A DNA stretch of 64,000 nucleotides, taken from positions 23,994,001 through 24,058,000 of the forward strand of contig JAGIQG010000013.1 of NCBI GenBank assembly GCA_024679065.1, in the 5' to 3' direction. The notes beneath the pieces were generated by a model. It had not been told where the DNA came from. It ran no database searches and was given only the letters and a program-made list of their open reading frames with translations. Position numbers and translations under genes: made by a program. This DNA is from Sphyrna mokarran. Taxonomy: Eukaryota. This document shows positions 12,658 through 26,087 of this stretch, piece by piece. Position 1 is the stretch's first letter. Each line of letters opens with the position of its first letter.

Positions 12658-13704
12658 TAGGAATGGATGGGGAGGCATAGGTTGACATAAATTGGCATGT
12701 ATGGGCATGGGAGTGGGTGTGGAAAGGAGTTGAGAGGTGTGGCTTGGAGAACTTAATGTTTAAGAAAACAACTGGGGTGAAGTCCTGAGAGCCAAGGTGG
12801 GTCTAATTAGCTCACCTCAGCTCTTGGGAGCCCCTGTGACCACCTTTGTTTTGCATCTGGGGTTAGTGGGCCTGACTCTATACCCCACCCTTTCCAATGC
12901 CCCAGAACAAACATCCTGCCATTTGAGATACTTTTTCTGGAGGAGGTGCAGTGAACTGGGCCAATACCTGCCATGGGAGAGAAAATCTAGGCCTTTTATT
13001 TTTACAATCCTCTCCTCTACCCCCTCCACCCTGCCATCCCTGGGAAACTGAGCCGCAGTGATCAGTGAACCATTTCATCTGCTGCCATTCCTCCTATCGA
13101 CTTCATAACTATGGCTAGAATGTTACTGAAATCTATCTTCATCAGAGTGTGCCTCAAGGTTAAGGTATCATTGTTTTTTTTCCTCTGACAATGGCACCTT
13201 TCAAGAGTGCAGGCCCATAGGCAATTGCCTGCCTCCCAAGTTGGATGATGGATTGGAGGCATCAAATTTAATTTGACACCTCTGGAAAAATCTCACAGGT
13301 AGAGCAGGATTGAGACTTGGGTATGATCTTGACTTGGACTGAAGTCTAAGGGCAGAAGATTCCACCCTAAGCCTCTGTAGTCCAGCTTTTGGCAAGAAAG
13401 TCATATGGCATCAACAAGAGTGTTTCAACATGTTAGCTACAGCAAAGTAAATGAGAATATATTGCATGGCATATATTGGGAACTCTGTGGTGATAATCTG
13501 TCAGTATTTGTGCATGTCCTGGAAGCAGTTACATATGAATGTGTTTTGTGCCAATTTTGCATGTTTATTTAGTCTATTCCCTTCTCCTTCTCTGTTACTG
13601 CTGGACAATGAGCTGTCACTTTTGTGCTGCGAAACAATGCTAATTGCAGTATCCTGCAATCGTTTAGGATCATAGAATACTTACAGCACAGAAAGAGGCT
13701 TGTC

Positions 13705-14005
13705 AAAGAACAAAGAACAAAGAAAATTACAGCACAAGAACAGGCCCTTAGGCCCTCCAAGCCTGCACCGACCATGCTGTCCAAGTGAACTAAAACCCCC
13801 TACCCTTCTGGGGACCATATCCCTCTATTCCCATCTCGTTCATGTATTTGTCCAGATGCCCCTTAAAAGTTACTATTGTATCTGCTTCCACTGCCTCCAC
13901 TGGCAGCAAGTTCCAGTAACCCACCACCCTCTGTATAAAAAACTTGCCTCATACATCTCCTTTAAACCTTGCCCCTCGCACTTGAAACCTGTGCCTTCTA
14001 ATAAT
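13705..14005 (-). mobile_element. CR1 LINE 3' end
   Basis: (AAAGAAC)n microsatellite tail plus ORF2 C-terminal remnant. Confidence 0.82.
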
Positions 14006-14254
14006 TGAATGTCTGCTAAGATATAGAGGATTACCCTGCTGGAGCCAAACAAAGAATGAGATCTTTGTCTTGGATTGTCAATGCTTTGCTTGGCAAAATT
14101 CTGGCATGTACTTCTTGTATTTACATCCCATTGCAGTCCCATGTTCCTTTTTATTTGACAGGTTGGTGGTCATCAATTACAACTGTAAAGGTTATCCCTT
14201 GCTGTCATTTGCTTAGTATATTTATGGATAGCAGATTGTTAGATTTGGTAATGT

Positions 14255-15205
14255 ATTCATTTACAGGATGTGGATGTTGCTGGCTAGGCCTGTATTTATT
14301 GCCCCTCTCTAACTGCCCTTAAGAAGGTGATACTGAGTTATCTACTTGAACCATTACTGTCCATGTGGCGTAGGTATCACTTCTGCTGGGAAGGGACTTC
14401 CAGATTTTGACCCAGTAACAGTGAAGGAACGGTACTATTTTTCCAAGTCAGGATAGTGTATGGCTTGGAGTAGAACTTGCAGATGGTGGTGTTCCCATGC
14501 ATCTGGTGTCCCTGTCCTTCCGGATGCTCGGGCTCACGGGTTTGGAAGGAGTTTTGAAGCAGTCTTGGTGAGTTGTTGCAATGCTTTTTGTAGATGGTAC
14601 ACATTGCTATTTTCCGTTTGAATCTCAGTGATATCAATTTTGCTGTGTCTTTAATGTTGCACAGTGCATCAATGTCTGTATGGCACTCTCACCTCGCCTC
14701 TTGAATATAGCTCTTTTGTCCATTTTTGGAATAAGGCCTTCCTCAGTAAAGATCTGAGGAACCCAAACTGAGCATCAGTAAGCCGGTTATCGCTGATTGA
14801 ATGCCTCTTGATAGAACTGTTGATGATCCCTTCTATCACTTTCCTGATGATTGAGAGTAGGCTGATAGTAATTGGCCAGGTTGGATTCATCCTGCTTTTT
14901 GGACATACCTGGGCAATTTCCACATTGCTGGGTGGATACCAAAGTTGTACTGCAGTAGAACAACTTGGCTAGGGACATGGATATTTCTGGACCACAAGTC
15001 TTCGGTACAATTGCCAGGATGTTGTCAAGGCCCATTGCCTTTGCAGTATCCAGTGCCTTGGTGTCATGTTGGTTGAATCGAATTGACTGAAAACTGGCAT
15101 CTGTGTTGCTGGGGACAGAGATAGATCATCCACTCGGCACTTCTGGTTGGAGCTAGTTACAAATGCTTTGGCCTTATCTTTACACCGATGTCTTGGACTC
15201 CCACA
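14255..15205 (-). mobile_element. Old CR1/L2-group LINE fragments with an internal deletion
   Basis: RT remnants ISLLSIIRKVIEGIINSSIKRH...LTDAQFGF and GLDNILAIVPKTCGPE; 3' tail at ~14255. Confidence 0.8.
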
Positions 15206-15605
15206 TTTGATTTGATTTTATTGTCACATGTACTGGGATACAGTGAAAAGTACTGTTTTATGGGTGCTAAATAAACAAAACATACTGCTCATGAAGTATA
15301 TAGAGGAAAAGGATAGAGTGCAAAAAATAAGGCACAATCTTAGCTGCCTTCAATGCCATGCACCCACTGCAGTGAAGTCAGAGAATTTAGCTGATAGCCA
15401 AATCTCCATTCATTGTGGCAGGATGGGAACAGTGGTAAGATTCTGGCTATGGGTGTTGCAACTACAGGTAGGGAGAAGAGAAAGGTCAGATTAATATAAA
15501 TGTTAAGGCTATTCAAAAGTCTGATGACAGCAAAGAAGAAGTTGTTCTTGAGTCAGAGGATCTTGATGATGAGGATATTTGTGGAACTTCCTCCGACTTG
15601 AAAGG
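15206..15605 (-). mobile_element. Rex1-Babar LINE 3' end with a small inserted MITE (~15331-15448)
   Basis: (TTTGA)n tail plus ttattgtcacatg...cagtgaaaagta, shared with 18357, 26088 and 40991. Confidence 0.75.
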
Positions 15606-15614
15606 ATATTTGTT

Positions 15615-15705
15615 TCCAGTAAAGGGTCTCGAAACATCAGCTCTTTTCTCTCCTTACAGTTGCTGCCAGACCTGCTGAGGTTTTCCAGCATTTTCTCTTT
15701 TGGCC
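15615..15705 (+). mobile_element. Penelope-like terminal repeat remnant
   Basis: cgaaac.tcagctc...ctgccagacctgctgag.ttttccagcatttt; similar pieces at 9750-9850, 19135-19265, 41635-41740, 44455-44575(-), 49375-49500(-), 55600-55700(-) and 60040-60165. Confidence 0.6.
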
Positions 15706-16274
15706 TCTTGTATTTGTCCTGCTTGTCCTACTAAATGTCTAATTATATGGTAGTATAATCCATAGGCAATGCAATAGGACCTCCCTGTGATTTAAAATGG
15801 GTAATACTTCAGTTATACATGCTATCTCGAATACCTCTTCAATCTGTCAGTAGGCAAACTGAAAGATACTTGAGTGAAATACAGCCTGAAGTGAATCTTC
15901 AAGTTACTTCATTTTACAGGCAGCATGTAAACATTTTGAGTGACTGTGGTAAATAAACTTCACTTTCTCTGCTCAATTTCACTTCTCTCCTCGAAAAATG
16001 AGAACAAATAATAAATCACGTGCCCTGTCCTTTTTGTGGGTTAGTATATTTGGTTTGGACATTCTTTCTAGACAACTTCAAACTGCAAAAACAGACCAGT
16101 TGCTTCTTAGCTACCAGCCTGTGGCTAAATTTCATTGACTATCCATTTATTACTGCTTGTTTTATCACCTTACAATGAATGCAAGTCCTGTGCCTCCAAC
16201 ATTTTGACCTATTTAAGAATTCACTAATGGGCCAATCTAACAAATAGAATGGCTCTTCTCAAAAAACAGCAATA

Positions 16275-16830
16275 ACTATTTGCATTTCTATAGTGCCTTT
16301 CTTAGAGTAAACTATCCCAAGAAACTTCATAGAAGTGTTATCACAAAAAAAAAGACACAAAGTCATATACAGAGATATTGGAGCAGATGAGAAACATTTG
16401 ATCAAAGAATTACATCTTAACAACCATCTTAAAGGAGAAGAGAGGGGCAGAGAGAGGGAAAGGTTTCAGCAGTGAATCCCAGTGCTGACAACCTTGGCAA
16501 CTGAAGGTATAGTTGTTCAGGGGAGACCAATCAAAATCAGAGATGCATTGAGAGACCAGATTGGAAGAATACAGAGATCTCAAAGATTTGTAGTTCTGGA
16601 AGAGGTTCCAGAGCTGAGGAAGGGATTTGAAAATAAGGATGTGAATATTAAAATTGAGGCATTGCCAGATCAGGAACCACTACAGGCCAATGAACGCAGG
16701 AGTGATGTATGAATGGCACTTGTTGGGAATTAGGATATAGGCAGCAGTGTTTCTGGATGAGCTCAAGTTACTGGAGGGTGGGAGATGGGTAGCTGGCTAG
16801 GAGAGCAGGGAAGGTGTTGAGCAACGTTAT
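16275..16830 (-). mobile_element. Old L2-like LINE 3' fragment
   Basis: ttgcatttctatagtgccttt tail followed by a purine-rich antisense ORF2 end; a similar piece lies at ~11975-12400. Confidence 0.55.
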
Positions 16831-18769
16831 GGAGTTAATGTTTGCCAAAGGATGTAATCATTAGACACCTCATGCTGAATTGTCCCCATCATAATATGCC
16901 AACTGAGATGAGATACTAGGGACGATTTTTCAGTCCCTTCAATGCAGACACAAATCTCATTTTGGCTGGAAACTCTCATGAGAGGGCCATAATAGGATTT
17001 GTGCCAGGGAGATCTCAGTATAAGTGTTTCCCTGCCTCCCCTCCCCTGTGATGTCCATATCCACTGAGGGCATGATCAGCAATCAAAAACAGAGATCAGA
17101 TGTGTTGACCTTAGCTGGGCTAGAAGGCCTGTGTAGCCCCCCGGATGGTTGGGGATATGGCAGGGAATTATCCCCTGGTGCATCTATGGGTGGGACCTAC
17201 AAAGGGCATGGCCTATAGGTGACCCCATAACAGGAATTTGTTTTATAAAGGAGGGTCAATGGGAGTCAATAGGGGTGCACAATGTCAGCGAAAATGGAGG
17301 GAGTGTGTGGGGGTCCTAATGCTGGCAATTAGGTTGGGGAAGGGCCTTTAATGTTGATTTGAGATTTGGGCTTCTGTGGACCTAGGGTTGCCAGCATCTT
17401 TAAGTTCCACATCTGACAATGATGATACAAAAAACCCTGCCCCCCCTCCCCCCACCCTGCTTTAAAATGGCAAAGTGTGAGAAGATCTAATTGCCTGTTT
17501 TAATGGGGAGAACATGCTAGTTTTCAGTCAGAACCTGACACTTTTGCCAGAATTCTCCAATTCCACCCTGAGAGCTGGAATTCTCCAGTTCTGCTGCAGT
17601 GAGTGAAGTTTTGGCTAAGCGCCAAATTCTCTGGATAATTCCATGCAATGGAAGGTTTTTGCTTGCCATCTTTTAAAGTGATTCCAAGTTTCATAAATCC
17701 TACTTCTGGGACATTTTTGTGTAATTTTTCTGTTGAAGTGAATCCTGCACTGCTTTTAAATACAGCTTACTTGTAAAAAAAAGCTAGCTTTTTTGTTTCT
17801 AAATGCAACAAACTGTAAACAAGACCAATGATCTTACTTCTTAACATTGCTACAAATGCTCTATACCACCAAGACAGTATTTCAGAAATGGTGTTTAACT
17901 CTTTTTAAAATCGGGTTTCAATGAAGGCAAAGTAGTTAAGCTGCACAGGGTATGTGAAATGCAAGACATAAATTTGGCAAGGGATGGAAATTATACCAAG
18001 ACCTGTGTACACAGGATCCAGGCCTTCACCCTCCTCTCTGCCTCAAGTATAATGTAGAAAGGGTTGGAGAATCACCTCAGAATCCAGGCTTGGAGTGCCA
18101 TGGATTCTTGAAGACTAATACATTTATTTTCACTATATTTTATTCCTCTCTCTTCATTCTAGGAAGACACCTTCCTAGCCCCACTAGTGCAGTGGGTAAC
18201 TAAGATGCATATTTAAAGCATTCATCATCAGAATTCTGATGAGGTGACCTCTCTTGTCCAAGCCTTGGCTGGGTCAATACTGGAGCCTACCAGCAAGCTT
18301 TGGGATTTACATTGGCATTAAGGTCTATCCCCATTTCTTGATCCTTATACATCTTTTATTTTGATCTGATTTATTACTGTCACATACATCAACATACAGT
18401 GAAAAATTTTGTTTTATATACGCTATACAAACAGATCCCTTTTTGTTATTTGTGAGAACATCTGCAATGGGTGATTCAAAAACAACACACATTAATCGAG
18501 GAACAAAATATGTCCCAATGAAACCCTCCCCTCTTCCCCCAACTTCACCATCTGGCTTCTGTCACTTATCTTATGTTTTGCTTTCACTGAACACTGGCCT
18601 TTATTCTCCCATTACTACATTGTGATATCTTACCTTTATGCACTCTATGCACCTTTTCCTGCTATTAACAATTACTCATTATCTACACCGCTTTGTTGCA
18701 ATTGCTCCTAGCTCCCACCAGTCACTGACCTTCTACTCTGCTCCAGCTGCTCCACTGGGGAGGAGGTGA

Positions 18770-19090
18770 TGGAGTGATATTGTCAAAGGACTGGTAATCC
18801 AGAGGCCTAGGGTGATGCTCTGGGGACCTGGGTTTGAATCCCATTGTGGCAGTTGCTGAAATTTGAATTTATAAAAATCTGGAATTAAAAGATTAGTGAT
18901 GACCATAAAACCAATTGCTGTAAGAACCCCTCTTGTTCAGTAATTCCTTTAGGGAAGGAAATCTATTGTCCTTACCTCATCTGACCTACATGAGATTCCA
19001 ATATGGTTGACTCTTAATTGCTGTCAAGGATGGACAATAAATGCTGACCCAGCCAGTGATGCCCAAATTCCATGAACAATAAAAAAAAAA
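18770..19090 (+). mobile_element. tRNA-derived SINE, same family as 9858-10160
   Basis: B-box GGTTTGAATCCC; cctttagggaaggaaatct; tail ggacaataaatgctg...catgaacaataaaaaa. Confidence 0.78.
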
Positions 19091-19744
19091 CTCTTTTCTA
19101 GTGTACAATCTGTCATTTTCCTCCCTCTCTTTAGCCCTGAAGAAGTTTCAAAGGGGCTCAAAAAAATTATTTTCTCTCTCCACAGATGCTGTCACAACTG
19201 GTCAGTTTTTCCAATATTTTCTATTTTTGTTTCAGATTGCCACATCTACAGTATTTTGCCTTGATTCACACAGCAACATGCTGATTTCCCTGTATCATCA
19301 AACATGTGTAACTGCTGGAAGTTGCTGTCTAATCTCCTCTTTAATAAAGGTGAGCACGAATTGCTACACCAATATTTCATATATATATTGTTGTTTAATA
19401 TTCGTAATCTGGACTTAATTTACTGTAACAATCTGTGGCTCTTAATTTCCACAGCAACATATAATTCTCTAATTGATTCAAGATGGAATACAACTCAAAT
19501 AATAACTTTCTTAAGATGTGGTTATAAAAAAAACATTTTTAATTCTACAACAATGGTTGGAAAAGAAAAATTGTCAAATAATTGCTGATTTTGTATGAAA
19601 ATTTTAATATGCACAGGCTTTTAATCTCTTGAAACTTTCTTTTAGGAACTAGCTCAGTCAAGAAAGCTTTGTCTTATTATCAGATACCAGATTATCAGGT
19701 ATCAACATCTTATTATCAGATTTTTCATCACAACTCTCTTGATT

Positions 19745-20038
19745 CATAGAATCCCTACAGTGCACAAGGAGGCCACTCAACCCATTGAGCCTGCACTGAC
19801 AACAAGCCCACCCAGATCCTATCCCCATAACCCCATCTCGTTACCCTGCTAATCCCCTTGACACTGAAGGAGAATTTATCATGGCCAATCAACCTAACCT
19901 ACACAACTTTGGAGTGTGGGAGGAAACTGGAGCACCTGGAGGAATCCCAGGCTGACACGGGGAGGACATGCATACTCCACACAGACGGTCACTCGAGACC
20001 TGAAACAATCTGGGTCCCTGGTGCTCTGAGGTAGCAGC
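19745..20038 (-). mobile_element. V-SINE type A
   Basis: catagaatccctacagtgca tail and reverse-complement core. Confidence 0.85.
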
Positions 20039-21967
20039 TTGCTATTAAACTTGCTGTTTTATTAGCAAACATTCATTTAATGAGTCTGTTCAATACCCAA
20101 AATAGAATAGAGGCTAAAATTTTCCAGTATTTATGAAAAATGGTTATTATTAAAGAAGCATTCTCTCTATATTTTTTCAATTTGCTGTTCCTGTGTAGAA
20201 TGACCATTTTAAGTATGATGCCTCTCAGCTAGTCTTGTGGCTATGTTACGAGGCACAATGTAATGATCCACTAGAAAACTGTGCCATGCAAAAGCAGGTC
20301 ATAGATTTGGCACACTGTATGCTCACATTACAAGTTCTCAAATTTAGTAGCAAGTGCCAAAGAGAGAATAGGTGAAAAACCCCCTGTTCCAGTACCTGGC
20401 TACATTGAATCATCTGAGTAAAGCGGACAGAGGAAAATTCAGCAAGGAAGGACCTCAGTCTAATTTTCTCCCTCTTTAAAATGAAAGGAAAGCAAAGTCA
20501 GTTTTCTGAGGGATTTGCAATCCTCTCTGCCCAGTTTTTCAGTGGGCTGTACTATCTTGTACATAAATGATGACAGGATTGAAGTTAATAAAGTTATTGG
20601 CCTCTAAGGCAAAATTTGCCAATCACCCCTAGATGAATGATAACAAACACTTGGGTTCTTTTTTCCTCAGAATTCTATATATGACCCTCCAACCGGTGCA
20701 TCTCACATTCATCACTTCTGGTGATGATGATGTATTTTAATGATATATTTATTCAATGATATACTAATAGAAACAGTGCATAACATATATTAAAGCAATA
20801 TCACAACACTTTCCACTTAGGGATTGCCAAACAGATGCTAAAAGTGGATAGACTTGGTGCTGTGTGCTGTTACGGAACTTGATATATGTTGATGCATAGT
20901 GGAAACAGAAATTTGTTACCTTATAACCATAAAGCAATCATTTCTCCTGTTGGAGCCTGGAAGCACTCAGTGGTGTAAAGATTTCACATCCACTCAAATT
21001 GCCCTCTGGTTATTGCTCTTTGGAATTTGATCTGGTTATAGGAGCTGAGGTAGTCTGAAGATTGCATCCCTTTCAAATCACATCCTCATCACATATTGTC
21101 CCCAAATAAACCGCCAGCACACACGGATGCAACACTGTATCCTGTAAATCTACTCCGATATTCCTTGAGCCTCTTTGGTCTTGGTCATTTGCTATTGTTG
21201 CTCCATCTCCCTCACTCTTCCAACATATGATAATCGCTGGGCTTGATGCAATTATGGTGCAGAGTTCAACAGAAAAGACTTGCTTAGTAAATATTCCCTG
21301 CTTTAATGTCAGCTTTAAATGGAATAAATGAAGACAATGTGGGCTGAAGTAAATCCAGAGTTACTTTCCACATTCCCATGCCTAAAAAGCAGTTAATAGA
21401 AAAAGGTGTTAACATCAATTTATGCATTAACATGTGTTAAAAATATTTATTTCTAAAGGCAAACAAAGTGCTCTCATAGTCTATTGATACCACAGAATGA
21501 ATATCTAAAATACACTGCTCCATTAATGCCAAAAACGATTACCCCTTGAACAGTGGTTGTTGTAGTCACCTATGAAGATGTTCTTGTCAACTAAATTAAG
21601 ATCAGAAATGATATTTTTTACCTTTAAAACAAAATTTTTGGGCCATTTTAAGAATGCATGGCCCTGGCATGAAGCCATACCCACAAGGAGTTCACATTGA
21701 GAAATCTTGAAAATGTGTTCAGGATTTCCTGATACGTTTTCCCAGTGGGAAAGGCTCTGTGCCAGCAGCACACATTTATAAAATTTATTTTCAAAATGAT
21801 AATCAAAGATACTTCTAACACTCAAATAACAACACATTTTTTGGAATAGGCATTAGAAATTAAATAGACAATTAAAACCTGAGCTTGTACTTAAGCACCA
21901 ATCTATTTGATTTTTAATTAACATTCCATTTGGAGAGTTGGGCTTATCCTAATGGTGATCTCCATTT

Positions 21968-22252
21968 CATAGAATCATTGAATCTCTACAGTGCAGAAGG
22001 AGGCTATTCGGCCCATCAAGCATGCACTAATAACAATCCCATCTAGGCACTATCCCAGGTATTTACCCTGCTAATTCCCTTGACACCATGGGGCACTTTG
22101 GCACGGACAATCCACCTAACCTGCATATCTTTGGTCTGTGGGAGGAAACCGAAGCACCTGGAGAAAACTCACACAAACACAGAGAGAATGTACAAACTCC
22201 ACACAGTCACCTGAGGCTGTAGTTTGAAACCGGATCCCTGGTACTGTGCGGC
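21968..22252 (-). mobile_element. V-SINE type A
   Basis: Reverse-complement tail and core. Confidence 0.85.
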
Positions 22253-22396
22253 TACACTCTATTGTGGTATTTTTTAAGAGATCTGCTGATTTTATTGTTT
22301 GAGCAGTCAATAAAGACTACAGTTAATCCACAAAAGATTATTGAGATTTCTTTAAGACATACCATTCTGTAATCACAATCCTCCCAAAACAATATA

Positions 22397-22861
22397 GGGC
22401 TGGATTTAGTGGAATCTATGAGAGCAGATATAGTAGCTGAAGAAACAAGAAGAATTGAGTAGGAGTATTTGCATCGGATCCGTTATGTTTGGAAAACTGT
22501 TCCTAAATTAAGTTGGGGACATGAAGGGTCTGATATGGGAATCCCAACTGCTGGCAGGCAGGTAATTGGGGTCCTTGAGATAACAATCCCTGAGCCCAGC
22601 AAACTTAGTGATGGCTGTGACCTACCCCTGCCCTTTCCTCCAATTCACCACACTTCACCTAGTGACTCCCTCCCCTACGATAGGCCAACAGTTTCAGGGA
22701 GTAAAGTTTCTGACCTTTGAGATCCATAATCATATGGAAGGCCCAACACTGGCCAATAAGTGCTTAATTGTGGTGGGTCTTTCCCTTGGAAGTGACATAA
22801 AATTCTTGCAGGTTCTTCAACTGGCTAGAGAGAGCCACATCACAGAAATGAAATCCAGCCC
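22397..22861. mobile_element. 465-bp Harbinger-like MITE
   Basis: Perfect 11-bp TIR GGGCTGGATTT (22397) / AAATCCAGCCC (22851-22861); AT-rich flanks; non-coding. Confidence 0.65.
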
Positions 22862-23045
22862 AATACTTCTACTTAATAGTAAATTGAACTAGCCTCTTTG
22901 ATGAATATTTCTATGCCATCTCCCATGGATATATGCCAATTGAAGAATGTCTTCTACCCTTCTGTTTGAGATTTGTTAACCTAGCAGAGTTCTGAGATTG
23001 AACATTGGACCTCCTAACCTGCATGGAAATATACCAGCGGTATAT

Positions 23046-23575
23046 CAAAGAACAAAGAACAAAACAGCATGGGAAACAGGCCCTTCAGCCCAACGAGCCC
23101 ACGCTGCCACCCCGATGTTCCCAACTCTACCCGCGATCCCTGTCCATGTTTATAGATCTATGGATTAAAAACCAAATTTGAGGCAATTTAGGGAGAACTT
23201 GTTTTGCCAATTAGCCTAAGAGCACATCTTTGGGATGTGGGAGGAAACCGGAGCTCCCGGAGAAAACCCACGCAAGCACGGGGAGAATGCGCAAACTCCC
23301 ACAGACACAGGCCCAAATCCATGTATCTGCACAGCACAGCGATAGTCACTGAGCTGTCGTGTTGCCCATCAAATGGTCCAGGTCAAGCGTACACTAACGA
23401 CGTGAAGCAGTAGGATACTCTCGAAAAAGGTCCAAGAGCAGCCCTCTCACGACCCATCGCGTGTATGCCCCTCGTTAGACAACAAGGTGGACCAAAGCAC
23501 CTGTAGGATAAAAACAAGTACATCAATATCATCATCTATTTACACACTTCCCAGGGACTCCCAAGGCTCATGATC
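23046..23575 (-). mobile_element. Extended V-SINE-like element (leader + degenerate tRNA head + V core + CR1 tail), copy 1
   Basis: Highly similar over its full length to 49541-50054. Confidence 0.85.
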
Positions 23576-23581
23576 CCTATT

Positions 23582-24065
23582 TTAAATCAGTTTTCTATAC
23601 CCCTCCATTCCCATTCCGTTCATGTGCCCATCTAAGTATTTCTTAAATAACTCCAGAGTACCTGCCTCCACCACTTTACTTGGTAGCGCATTCCATACCC
23701 CCACCACCCTCTGTGTGAAAAAACTCCCTCTAGCATCCAAATTATACCTTGCCCCCCTCACCCTAAGCCCGTGACCCCTCGTGCTATTTGAGTCCATCCT
23801 AGGAAAAAGCTTAACCCTGTTTACTCTATCAATCCCCTTCAAAATCTTGTACACCTCTATCAGATCTCCTCTAAGTCTACGTCTTTCTAAGGAAAACAGT
23901 CCCAATTTGCCTAATCTCTCCTCGTAACTCAGACCTTCCATACCAGGCAGTATCCTGGTAAACCTCCTCTGCACTCTTTTCAGAGTCTCCACATCCTTCT
24001 GGTAGTAAGGCGACCAGAACTGGACACAGTATTCCAAATGGGGTCTAACCAGCGTTTTATACAGG
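23582..24065 (-). mobile_element. CR1 LINE ORF2 C-terminal fragment
   Basis: Open frame EYCVQFWSPYYQKDVETL...LFSLERRRLRGDLIEVYKI...FFTQRVVGVWNALP, typical of CR1. Confidence 0.93.
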
Positions 24066-24349
24066 GATTCCTTTATCCATGATGCGCTCAGGTAAAGGTT
24101 TTGAGAGAAACTCTAGTAAAAGTTTGAAGGCCCTATAGTTTGTGGCACAGCATAATCTCTGGAATGAATAAAAATGTTTCAGATGCATTAGAAACTAACT
24201 GGAGAGAATGAAAATTGTGGACAAAAAATGTGGGGCTTTTTAATAGAACATTTTTTTGGTGAAGAGAATATTTAAGATTGTTCAGAATATGAAACTAGAC
24301 ATTAATGATTAAAAGTAATTGTTGACATAAGTTTAATTTATTCCTGTAG

Positions 24350-24660
24350 GACAGTATGGTGGCATAGTGGTTAGCACTGCTGCCTCATAGCGCCAGGGAC
24401 GTGGGTTCAGTTCCTGGCTTGGATCATCATCTGTGCAATGTCTGCATATTTTCCCTACGTCTGTGCGGGTTTCCTTCAGGTGCTTGAATTTCCTCCCACA
24501 GTCCAAAGATGTGCTGGTTGTATGCGTTGGCTATGTTAAATTCTCCCTCATTACACACAAACAGGTGCCAGACTGTGGCGACTAGGGGATTTCCACAGTA
24601 ACAACTTCATTGCAGTGTTAATGTAAGCCTACTTGTGACAGTCATAAAAAAACTTTAAAC
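24350..24660 (+). mobile_element. V-SINE type B
   Basis: Head GTGGTTAGCACTGCTGCCTCATAGCGCCAGGGAC, core and type B tail. Confidence 0.88.
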
Positions 24661-26087
24661 AATCCTTTCTTTGCTATTTCAACAGTCATTAGCCTAATTT
24701 CTCTTGTCACTGATAACATTTGCCAGCCTTGTGTTATCGTGCAAATTACAGCTAACTCTCTCACCATCATTTTAAGAATAAGGGTGCCAGTATTTACATT
24801 CTGGCATTTTCATTTTTTGTAATAAGTTCCCAATGACTGTGTAGCTTTGGAAATACCACCTGTTACTCTTTCGATGTTCCAGTAGCGCGAATGAAACATA
24901 TAAACCATCTCAAGAAAAGTGAAGTGAACAGATGTCAAAGTATGAAAAATACCATAAATCTCTTTGACACTAATTAGCACAGGCCAAAATATTATGAGGC
25001 TGACTACAATTGCTGCATTCTTTCATGTTCCTGAGTTGCCATGAGAAAGTGAAACTGTTGGAAATGTGTAAGTGGATCTGCCATTTTAGCTTTTCAAGAC
25101 AGAGTGCATGATTTTTGCGTTCCATCTAAAGTTTTCCATTGTACTTATCCTTGCGTTCAAGAAAACTTATTGTCAGAAATTTAAGGTGAATATGTTTCTA
25201 TGATTATGTGAAGAAAATGTTGATGCTTTGGGATGCAAGATGATGAGCTGAATTTTTAGGAGGAGGGTGAAATCCCATTGCAGAGGCAGGATGCAAGAGC
25301 TGAACCCGCATCTGCAGGCAGCAGGACCTGGGGGTTGCACTTTGATGATGGCAGCCAATTAACAGGACATCCAATCCTTGCTTCCAGAGGCCTAATTAGC
25401 TCAGCAGTTCACCCATGTTGTATTATGTTGCCACTTCTGAACATCATGTGATGGTGTGGGTTTGTTTGTGAGATCTTGAGACTTGTATGTTTAAATGTGA
25501 ACTATTTATTGTTAATCTTTAATTATTTACAGATCTTCAGTGACTGCCATTCACGGTGCTGCTTTTCCATGCAGGCTGCTTCTCTCAGTCTATTACCATG
25601 TGACTCTAAACAGCATACCGTGGGCAGTATTGTTCTCACGTCCCACATAGGACAATGATCTGTCGGACATCTTTTCATAATGAAAATATGTAGTCACATA
25701 ATACAACAATTCCTTTCTTCACAATAGAAAACTTTCCTTTGTTCATAACTAATTGCAATGCAATCTTAATTTGTTATATCTTCTCTCCCACCTGAAATCT
25801 CTGACTTTACAAATTGATAGTTCTTCCATGTCTTTCACATTTGGAGGAATAGGAATAATACCCTATGTCTCTGGTACTTGGCTGTCTCCATTTGATTCAC
25901 TTTTTGCACTCCTTTAAGATGTGTTTCTCTTTATTAACAACTCAGATAATCCAGGTAATTACAGTTCGGTGAGCCTTACATCAATGGTGGGGAAATTATT
26001 GGAGAGGATCTGGTGGTTTTTTTCATGTAGTTCAACTGGGAAGCTTCTAACCATCTCAGAAATTGCTCCTTTAGGCCTCAAGGAAGC

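Noticed and set aside
17777-17794. 18-bp palindrome AAAAAAGCTAGCTTTTTT
   Set aside because: Low complexity, single occurrence, no supporting context
23500-23575. Leader start (ATCRTGAG...ATGAT) as a U8/U13-type snoRNA
   Set aside because: Only a few nucleotides resemble it; the box C-like word differs between the two copies and no terminal box D is evident
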